From NCBI GenBank assembly GCA_036172245.1, contig JAYWIR010000027.1, forward strand, positions 2,170,001-2,234,000: a DNA stretch of 64,000 nt. Reading direction: 5' to 3'. This stretch comes from Raillietiella orientalis (taxonomy: Eukaryota). Position 1 is the first letter of the stretch, and every line of letters begins with the position of its first letter. Shown here one piece after another: positions 54,301 to 64,000 of this stretch. Position numbers and translations under genes: made by a program. The notes under the pieces were generated by a model. It was not told the origin of the DNA. It did not search any database and saw nothing but the letters and a program-made list of their open reading frames with translations.

Positions 54301-55596
54301 TTCCTGTTCTACCACATCCAGCTGAACAGTGAACTAATATTGGATGACTTTCTGATGGTTGAATGTTTCGAACCAACAAAATCATATCAAGTAATGGTCG
54401 GACCAAAGTTGGCACTCCATGATCTGGCCAACCAGAGAAATGGAACATGCATACAGTTTTTTCACCTAAATATAATCAGTTTTATAGTCCACTGTCCTAA
54501 AAGTTGAAAAACAAACCTTTGGATCCATCTGGCTCTTGATAAAGAATACTGAAAACTCTCAACAGAAGATCTTTAAAAATATACTTCTCCTGAATCAGTT
54601 TCACAATTATATTCCCAAATGAAGCTTCACCATCTTTATCAGTGATCCAATATTTTTCACACTTATCCTGGAAATGATTCAATTTTATTTAGACAATACT
54701 CTTGAATTTTTTTTTCTGATGTTTGGATCAGAATGAGCATGTGCAAATATAAGAGAAACATTTGAAATCAAACAATACAAGCTCAGTACATACTATTACA
54801 GTCACGATCACAACACTTAATGCTGAAAATAGTATATTGAAATAGTATATTTTTCTGGATTCTATTTTGGATAGCCAATAATTGAAAAAAAATGTAGAAA
54901 ATGCAAGAAAAAAAGTACCTTCTTACCTTTCCTGATTCTTTCTCATTGCAAGCCATGATTATAATCTGCACTTCAGTTTCCACTATCATTCTCCAGAAAT
55001 CACTGACTGTACTAGATAAAGGCCCTTGACATGCTATATATGCAAAAGATCCACTGGCACCCTTGATAAAACTTGCATTAATATAGTCACTCCCTGGTAC
55101 TCCAGGCAACTCAGAAAGCACAACTCTAGAATAATCAACTATCACACAAAAGGAATAAGTCACTGCAAGAGAAAAACTATCAATTACATGGCAAGATATC
55201 CTTGTATCTGTTCTTTTTTCTGTTTATTTCTTTTTCACCTTCTTTGGTTGAATAGTTTTTGCCAATCTGTAATCTTCCACTGGTGGCTTTTAAGACCTTT
55301 TTAAAAAAAAGGAATGGTTTTGAGACATCCCCAATAGCACAAACAGTACTGATTAACAAGACAGTCTATTCAAATTTCATGTTACTTAGTTCTTTCAAGA
55401 ATCGGAATTAACGCCCAAGTGTTTATTAGGAAGCACACGTTCCTTTATACAAATAACAAAAATGACGTGAAAACGTAACACTTACTTTGAACTCCAGATC
55501 ATACGAACTCTCCGTTTCATTCTCGGATTCCAAATTTTCAACATGTTTTATGAAATTCTCAATAACAGCACGTAACAATGATGTGGAACTTCTCAT
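51314..55596 (-). CDS. Non-receptor tyrosine phosphatase, PEST family (PTPN12/18/22-like), proximal-terminus model; exons 55596-55486, 55296-55188, 55138-54927, 54667-54517, 54465-54257, 53139-52920, 52877-51405, 51354-51314
   Basis: N-terminal PTP domain with [60 protein letters not shown] (PEST-subfamily signature) and QTKEQY, then a long Ser-rich tail. Junctions are GT-AG and in phase. The last exon is less certain. Confidence 0.9.
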
Positions 55597-56899
55597 TCAA
55601 ATTATATGGTCACAGTATTTTAAAATAACACCATGGGAAAACAGACGGCATACCAGACAACTATACACATGCATGATGGAAGCAACAAGGATTCTGAAAC
55701 AAGTTTCCATCACAAGGATCGCGTAAATAAGGTGGCTGGATTATTCGAAGGTGACTATATCACCCATGACACACACACACGAAAAACACACACAAAAAAA
55801 GGGTGAAAGCCACTCGAAGGGTTTGCCTACGAAACTCTTGCACCCCCACCAACGCTCCCACACACGGTACGCTAAGAAAAGGACTGCTTCCACCGAGAAT
55901 CACGGCAACCACATGCGTTACGTCGTTGCGTGTTTGGTAAGCCTGACGACGTCTTTGAGGCCCTGCAAGCTTGCAGGCATTCCTCGGCCATTGTCAGTGT
56001 TGGTTGTGCGCATTCGGAAGTCACAGGAAAAAAAAAAAAAAAGCATGGAAATAGCACCGTCCACACAAAAGGAGTCGAACCACGACACACGGTTGCTGCC
56101 GTGTGTCCGACACTTCTTTCAGACGTGCTGCAAATTCACAACGGATCTTACTTTCGAACCACAACTTTTCTTTCACAAACTCTGGCATCCGAGGACACCC
56201 AGCGTCTTCTCCCGGACGAACTTTTATGCACCCGTCGTGTAAATCGGGATGGAGTGCAGATTTTCCAAGCAAGAAAGCGGAGAAATTGTTTCTGTATTTT
56301 CAATAGGGAGTGCAGAGGCAGAATAGATTTTCATAGAAGGTTTTCAAAAGTACCTACGAAGGGATGATCGAGCGTTTAGGTCGAAAATACCGTTCGCTTG
56401 CATTGGAGATAGGCTTTGGAGGCTGAGAACTTCCCACAGCTCCGAAATTCACCAAAGAATCGCCTGCACTTGTGCTGCTCTCCCTAATCGTCAGCATCAT
56501 CATCATAATGTGTGCTCTCCCTTTTCTACCAAAATGCTTAGAATAACCAGAAACACAAAAGTGAGCTCAACGTGCACTCCATAACCATCAAGTCTAATCG
56601 TACGTTTAGTCACACAGATGGTTCTACAGACTGAACAGTGGTGGCTGAATTAGGGCTATGATGAAAGAGATGGAGAAGAAATCAAACCAGTTAGGGAAAA
56701 CTCTAATGAACACTGATGCATTTTTTTTCAAGGTACCTGTCTGACTTATTGCAGAAGTTTCACAAAAATGAAAGGAAACATCGAATGGCAGTGCCAGCGA
56801 TACGTAGAAAATAATGTGATTGACTTAAACGACTACAAACTATGCACTGAGCAATTTTCAAAATTGTGGTTTTTCACCCGGATATGTCGGGGCATTTAT

Positions 56900-59300
56900 T
56901 ATTAAAATTTTAACAAAATAAGATTTTATAATAAAGTCTTTAGGTTTATTCAGAGCGGTTCTGCCTGTCTGGGAACACTTGTCTTTGCCGGCTCTTAGAC
57001 CGGCGAGGTCCACTTCGCTGGCGAAGGGGGATGGAAAAACACCAAAAAAACAAAAAAAAAACAAAAACACGAGGGGTGGACACTGTTTTTCGGGGAGAGG
57101 AGGACATGGAAGGGATCACAGTTCTCTGCGAGTGGTCCTCTGCATCCTGGTTTGGATGCGGACAAGTGCCGGTCTTAAAGTTCGTAACCGGCGCCATCGG
57201 GAAGCCTTCTCCATGGAGATGGAGAAGGCTTCCCAGTGAATGGCATTCCGGCTGTTGCGGCCTCGCATCGACGCAGTCCATTTGTTCAGGATTTCGCGTA
57301 TGCAGCAGAGAACTGCTACACACGCGGCTGCCGGCAAAGCGTCCCGCATCAGGAGGCGACGGAAAATGACCGTTGAATCGCCCACCGGAGAGTTCAGAAT
57401 CGACGATAGTCGATTCCACATGGGACGGAGGGCGGCGCACTCGATGATAAGGTGGGGGAAGGTTTCCCTTTCCCTGCAGCCTGCACAATGGGCATCCACA
57501 CTTCCACGGGTTGTGATCCCTTCCCGACCCCCCAAATAGTTTCTTTTTGTTATTTCATTTATTTTTCTTTCTGTTTTACCCCCCCCCCCCTCGCTGCTGA
57601 GGAGAGTCAAGCCGGTCTGCGAACCGGCTTCCTGGCAGGTCCCAGGAACTATTGGCCGTAGCGGGGCCTAGTACCGCAGATGTACTGTGTTTTTTTAATA
57701 AACGCCCCGGCGTGACCGGGTGAAAACTTCCAAATGTCCAGTGGAAGAGCCGTGCTCTGCAAAGGAGTCCCGAATGCAACACAAGCAGCACCGTCTCTTG
57801 CCACTCCAGGGGGAGGGTGCCATTGTTCCATAGTGCTGGGGGTCACATTACCTCCTCCAGAGGTATGCTGAGCAGCTCGCCCCAGAGCATAAGTCCTTCA
57901 GGCGGGACACTCGGGCTGCAGCGTCCGCTAGTTCCCGAGTCGTCCACGCCTTTAACAGTTTCTTCCTGCCTCCGATGAGGCAGGATACTTCTCACAACGC
58001 TCGTTCGTCGCTGTCCCTAGTGTTCCTGAGGGAGGGCAAATTGGAGTATGTAGCGGACAGAAGTGTTTACGCGGCCGTACCGAGAGAAACAGCAGGACTT
58101 AAAGAATTCAAACGAAACAGCAAACATTTAGCTAAACTAATGAACTTAAACGTGTAGTAAAACTTGGAAAGAAACATGCAGATGGTTAAACTCATCCTCT
58201 CCGAGAAGCACGTAAAAAACCTGAAATTTGAGTCATGTTGAAACCATTCAAACGTCATGATGCTGGAAAAGAAATATCACGCTATATGGACGAGCATATA
58301 TAGTTGTAAGATACATAGTATATGATTCTCTTTTCAGGGAGCAGTGCCAGCAGTTCTCAAAGATATTGCACCATTCATGACATTCATTCGTTACTTTACT
58401 CACCCGAAGTTCCAACTGATTAATAGGCCAGCTTCAGTTTCTAAAACTTTTTAAAAACATTGGGAGATTTTCTGGAAACTTGTTTATAACAGAAAAGACT
58501 CCGTTTCCGAGAACAGCGCCTTCAGGAAGTGACTAGAATAGGAGAGGAAGAAGGGATATGAGTATTTTGTTTCAATACAAAAGCACATGTAAAGGCAATG
58601 GTCGTACAGAAAGTCCAATTGGCACTTATCCAATCGATATTTCAAATTTATGAACCTTGAACTTCAGTTTATGAACTTTCGTTCACTTCATGGAATTCAG
58701 TCTTTTCAGTAAAGGCTTTCACCGCTTAAGAGACGAAAAAGAGTCTAATTTCATCAGGAGTCCAAATATTTCTCGCTCATGAAACCAAGCCACCGTTTAG
58801 GAGCAAAATTCAATAGGGCTTGCGAATGCCAAAGCAAGAAGAGTTCGCAGACATCCAGGCCACCTTATGCAGTCTTCCTAGACTTATGTGAGAGCGGTGG
58901 GTAATTAAGAAATGTTGATTCGAGGAATGATTCGTAAGAATCTTCTTACAAGATGCTTGCCATTCTGGAAAGACTGGAGTCCCACCTCGCACCTGAAGAA
59001 TCATACGCTGAAGGTCTCCACTCCAGAAGCAGAAAATCAGCTCTTGCTTCTGTCGTGGAGATCCTCCATAAGGGATGTGGATAAAGGGCAAGCTGGTCAC
59101 ACACTTGGCAAAAATACGCACAACATGAAAACGAGATGAAACTGTCCAAGGTCCGCACCGAAGAGAAAAAATCCTGCTGTCGTTGTGCTTGTCACCATCC
59201 TCTCCAAAGATAAATTCTCCTCCGAAATGGCTGTAGAACCTTTGCGAAATCTCTCTTCTGACTCACGTCGATCAGCGACTCTTAAGAAAGTGAAAGGAGA
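56900..59300 (-). mobile_element. 3' portion of an L1/Tx1-like element (element C) with RT-associated zinc finger
   Basis: CAGCRERETFPHLIIECAALRPMW at about 57490-57415 fits the CxxC...ETxxH...C...W zf-RVT pattern. Upstream HKVAW...GGL remnant at about 58870-58785. T-rich 3' tract and AATAAA near 56900. Confidence 0.6.
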
Positions 59301-60099
59301 AAAAAAAAAAGAAAAAAAGAGGCGAGTCCTTCTAGGAAATGGAAAATCCCGTGCCAAAAGCCTGTGGTAGCCTTGGCAGACAGTCCTGCGTTATGTCAGC
59401 TTCCGGTTCCGTGCTTCATGAGGCGAGAATCCGGTCCATGAATCCCGACGCCCGTGAGCACCGTGTCAGCTTCCTAGCGCAAGCAGAGTCCACTTTGATC
59501 TGCGTGCAAGAGACGGTGGTGGCGTAGAAGTCGCCGGTGGTACAGCATTCCACAGCAGCTTAGCAGCAGAAAGCGGTGGTGACAGCTGAGGAGGCTCCCC
59601 TTCCTGCGGGGTCAGGTCAGCCGAGGTGGGAGTGACGACCGAGAGAAAATTGTGCCGATGCTGCGGTCCACAAAGAAGATGCTCCTCCTTTCCTTCATAT
59701 TCCGGCAGCTTCAACGCGCGAATTCATCTTTCCCTGCTCCGTGTGACACTGCCTCTCTCATTCGTGCCTGAGGGCTTTGAACTGGTAGGTTCTGCAACGG
59801 ATCCGTTCCCAGGCAGCAACGCAACGACAACCATCAAGAATCTCTTTCAGGATTGTCATTCACCCTTTGCGATCTCTGCAACCCGAAGCAAGAGGCACTT
59901 CGGATTGCCCTTGGTCTCCTCTGGGAGGCATTGGAGTTTTTCTGCGTGGGGCACAGAGAAGAGCAGGATGCCCTCCGCGCGCCTTCGCTGGCGATCTGCA
60001 CCTGAAGCCATTCTCCGGGAGGAACGCCTCCTCGTCTTCCAAGGCTGCGAAAGGACGAGGCAAAGATCTCGGAACCTACGACGAGGTTCCCTCATTCGG

Positions 60100-63000
60100 G
60101 GTCGCCGCTCCACGAGTCTTCGTTTCCCCCTCGCTGGTCCCGTGGCAAACACGGGGCTCGCCGGAGGAGACCGCCCAGCCTCCTTCGACCTCCGGATCTC
60201 CCGCCCCTGGCATCACCCGAACAGTGCCTCCGCTTTCCAAGGAAGCTACTTGGCGCTGCGGCCAACCTCTTCCTAGGAGGTGGGTGACCGCAGCGTTCCT
60301 CCTGAGTTTCCCCGCTCAACGCGCCTGGACGAGGAAATGGATGTTCTTCTGGTCGCGCCGAGGGGTCCATTTTGAAAGTAGCTGCTACGCAAAAAACGAA
60401 GCAGAAGGGCACGACCAGGTGAGGCGGTTCTTTGGATGCTGCCGAGGAGGCCCGCGGGCAGGACGGAGAGGGGTGGGGGGAGGCGAAGAGTAAGGAAGCG
60501 GGCAGGAAGGACTGTCCTTGTGGTTGGGGGCGAAGGGGGAGGGTTCTCCGTGCCGTCGGGATTTGCGGGCTTGCGGCTCCTCCCGGAGGCGTACCCATCG
60601 CAAGCCGTGGCAGGCGTGTTGCCAAGGGGACGGACGGCCCTCCTTCCGCTTCGATTCCCGCAGTAACGAGACCGAGATGCGACGGCAACCACCCTTGCCT
60701 CAAACAAGGGGGTCTTGGAAGCGATGACTCAGGAAAAGAAAGGGACGTTCCCTCAAGGCCGTTCGGGGGAACGGAGCGAGGCATCCGCCTTGGCTGGGGG
60801 CGCCGTCTTAGGCGGGATTCTGGAGGATTGGGTGCGGCGGAAGGACCCCTCGGAGGCGTCCCGTGCGCTGCTGCGACCTGCAGTGTGGTCTCCAGGGAAT
60901 TTTCCGCGACCCTGGATTCCGCAGGAATCCTCCTCCCCACCTCACCGGTGGGCGTGTCGCGTGCTGCGGAGGGGGTGACTGTTGTGCAGGCCAACGATTG
61001 CAGCCCGCCGCCCCCGCTGTTCATGCAGCACCCCTGCGGAATCGCAGGTAGCCAGTCACATCGAGCGCAGCGACCTCGGGAGTGCCCTCTGCCTCCGCCG
61101 GGCACGCTGCCCGTGGGGCGGCAGCAGATCCACGGGCGGACCCATTTCCCAGGGCGGCGCTTTGCCGAAGCGGAAAGCCGTGAGCGGCTTCGCGAAAGCA
61201 GGGCTGCCAGTCCGTCGCTGCTGTCCGGCTCGCCTGGGGAAACGTGCCGGGACGCTCCAGCGGGTGGTCCAGCGACTGGCCATCCAGGCGCTGGAGCATC
61301 CAGTGCCGTAAACAGATCGTCCTGGCGTCGGGAGGCCAAGCCCTCCATCCCGATGCGGAACCGACAAGTCTTCGAGCAGCTCCCCGAAGGGCTTTTCCGG
61401 GCGACCCTCGGCCCGCTCCGTAACTGCCCCGAGGGTTTTTTCACCCGGTCACGCCCAAGCGTTTATTGCAGAGCAGACCTTCTCATGGTCAACTGGCAAG
61501 CCGCACGGGAAAAAAGAAGACTATTCCCCCAAAGGGGAATTGCCAATCCCCTTACGTCGGCAGAATTCCCGGAGGGGCTTTCTGCTCGCTGCCCGGAGTG
61601 GTGTGCACGGGTAAAACAAGAAGAGAGGGGAAGTACGCAGGAGAAAAAAAGGGACAAAAAGATTTCTTTTTTGGGGGGGGAATGAAGAAGGGGGTGGGTG
61701 AGAAGGGAGGGATCCCCGGCGTACCCTGTATCCCGTCCTGGAAGCATGCAAGTTCCTCCTTCTTGGATCTTGAAGTGTGGCTATCCTGCTGTGACCCTGT
61801 GACCCTTAGCAAGGAGCAGAAAACAATGGGGACGGCATCCCTGTTTGTCCAGCTCTTTTTGACGTGGCTTCCCGCCGCCTCCGGCGGCAATTCGATCCTT
61901 CTCCGGACGTGGAGTAAAGTGTCGGCTGGATCGCTTCCCGCCCATCCGGGAACGCAAGTGTCTGTCGGTTGGAGGGTGGGACGTTCTCCTTCCATCCCGG
62001 ATTTCCCCTGCCGAGACGCTGGCGTCGCATCGTCGGGCGCGCCAACCAGCGGAACCTACCGGCGCCCGCTGTTGGCTGCCGCTCCCGAGGGCGGGCTAGG
62101 CGGAAGTGGAGAGGTGGACTGCGGTCGGGCCCGCAGCCCCCACCGGTTGTTCTGCCCAGTCACATCAGGACAGACGGACAAGGGTGGGTGGGTCTGCGCA
62201 TCCCACCAAGTCTGAGCATCCACTAGGGCGGCGGAGGCTCCGATGAGTTTCATGGCATCACGAAGGGGTCGAGGGATGAAGGAAAAGGAAAGAGGGACGG
62301 AGGTAGTCGGTGAGATTACAATGGACTGGCTGGGATGGGAGTGGGATGTCAGATCCCACGATTTGCGGTCCGATACATCCCTCGCGGGATGCCAGAGAGC
62401 TCCTCTTGGCGGCTTCACAGGCGATTCCGCCCCGATGTCATCCGAGGGCGACGGAGAGGGCGATTGGCTCCCCTGTCGTGCCGCTCCCTTCGGCGTCGCT
62501 CCCGGTTGACGCAGGGCTCCGCTCTGCGTTGCAGCGGCACTCTCGGAAGGTTCGCCAGGTTGTCTCCTGGGGGAAGGGAGGGGCCCACCCAGTGTCCGCA
62601 GGGCAATGCATGGTTGACTATGTGAACGTCATGAGCTGGTGGGGGGGAAGGGAGAGGGAAGGGTGGCTCGCGGGACTCCCTCCTGGAGAACAGTCTCGCG
62701 GTCGGAGGGAGGAAGGGTAGGCCGCCGTTGCCCCGGATGACCGTTTCTCCCCGCACCCGGCGCAGCTGGCACTGAAAAGCACACGCTTCCCCCCCCCCCC
62801 TCGTGCGGCGGTGGCGGTGCGCGCGTCGCACGGGAGCGCTCAACGCAACGTCAGCAGCAACGCCTGCCGCACCTGAGGGGGAGGCACGGGTCCGTTCCCG
62901 GGGAGACGCCGAAGAGTCCGACTCCAGCGGACAAGTCCACTTCCGGGAGAGGCCGCTCTCTTGACAGCCGCCCCTACGCAATCGGACGGTCGCTGGGTGA

Positions 63001-63400
63001 CTTCACCCGGAAGTGGAAGTAGAGATCACCGGCTTGCAGCGGCGTCTCCAAAAGAAAGGAAAGGCGGCTACGAAACTGGCTACTCCCCCTCCCTCCTCTC
63101 ACCCGCGGAGCCACCACCTCTGGACCCCTTCCTCCCTTCGGGGAGTTCCCTCCTACTGACAACAGGTCGGTTCGCATTCTCGAAGGAACGCGCCCGTCCC
63201 CCTCCGAGCAGATGCTGCGGATCTCTCGGAGGTGCACCGCCCCCCTCTTCCGTCCTCTTCCTTAGTCGTCGCCGCGTAGCCCGCTGGCGTTCCAGCAGAC
63301 CTCGTGTTACCGACAGGAGGACGCGCGCGCTTCCGCTGCATCTCTGCTGGGAGCCTCTGCTGGCCCCCTGCCGCCTCGCCGTCTCGGACGGTGGTCAGGA
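60100..63400 (-). mobile_element. Near full-length degenerate L1/Tx1-like ORF2 relic (element D); limits approximate
   Basis: LREI ~63230 (LQET), AGDLY ~63030 (GDFN), AFPDGREA ~61950 (LDxxKA), VRRGS..SP..F 61725-61690 (VRQGxPLSPxLF), GLAI ~61545, KRLGV ~61460 (KYLGV), PHRDGGLGLP ~61340, C...EPPHL...C ~60430. Confidence 0.6.
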
Positions 63401-64000
63401 TACCCTGAGGGGAGGAGGGGGGCGGAAGTCGCGCTCGCCGTTTCGCTCTCGCGACTTCCGCGTCCGAGTCCGAGGCCTCGACGTGCTTCCGCCGTCGTCC
63501 GCCTCAAGGTCTTTCTTTCCATATTGGCGAACGACGCTAGCGTCGCCGCCAGTCGTCTCCCTCTTCCCGACGGCCTGGAAGAGCAGGCGGCTTCGTCCTT
63601 ACTTATCAGGTCGTCCTTCTGTGGCGGCGGCAGCGGCGACGACTTCCTCCGGTCACTCGATACGTGCTTCGATCGCGGTTTCGCGGCGGCGGTGACGCGT
63701 TCGGTTGCTGACGACGGAGGGACCGCGCTTGTTCGCAGCCGCGTACCTTTCATGCCGTCTCAAGCGCGGGGCTGCCCTTCTTCTTCTGGTTGCTGTTGTT
63801 GACTGCTTGCCCGCCGGCGTGCTCGCTGCTAACCCTCGGTCCCCCTGGGCGCGCGTTCCGACGTCCTCGGGAGAACTCGAGCCTTCCCCGTTCGCCGCGC
63901 GGCGGCGCTCGACCCTTGGAGCCTTCCGTTTCGCGGCGACGGGCGAGCTCCCGCCCTGCTCTCTTCGTGGGGCAAGCCGCTCGGACGCGCGCCCCTCCGC

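Noticed and set aside
60092..61685. 450-aa (-) and 417-aa (+) ORFs as intact genes
   Set aside because: Shadow ORFs over a frameshifted retroelement relic; its motifs are scattered across different frames.

Overview
Eukaryotic (invertebrate animal, probably arthropod; inference from the HCF N-terminus) genomic DNA, not prokaryotic. Five intron-containing genes can be assembled by hand from GT-AG junctions: the 3' part of TMEM201/Samp1 (+; first exons lie upstream of the window), PIG-A (-), phosphoglucomutase (+), Host cell factor (-) and a PEST-family (PTPN12/18/22-like) tyrosine phosphatase (-) with apparent alternative 3' ends. Most introns are 42-65 nt, a few are kilobases long. Much of the intergenic and long-intron DNA appears to be heavily eroded L1/Tx1-like non-LTR retrotransposons, recognisable only from ordered motif remnants. 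These relics form very GC/CpG-rich blocks (about 12.4-20.4 kb and 60-64 kb, beside an equally GC-rich unassigned stretch at 6.4-12.4 kb), whereas 38-55 kb is very AT-rich. Nearly all long ORFs in the GC-rich blocks are shadow ORFs. I found no convincing novel multi-gene system. The best leads are the apparent AT-to-GC erosion of the retroelement relics, the phosphatase alternative 3' exons, a TSD-flanked simple-sequence insert, overlapping convergent 3' ends and a Taspase1-type site in HCF. All motif matches are from recall, not database searches.
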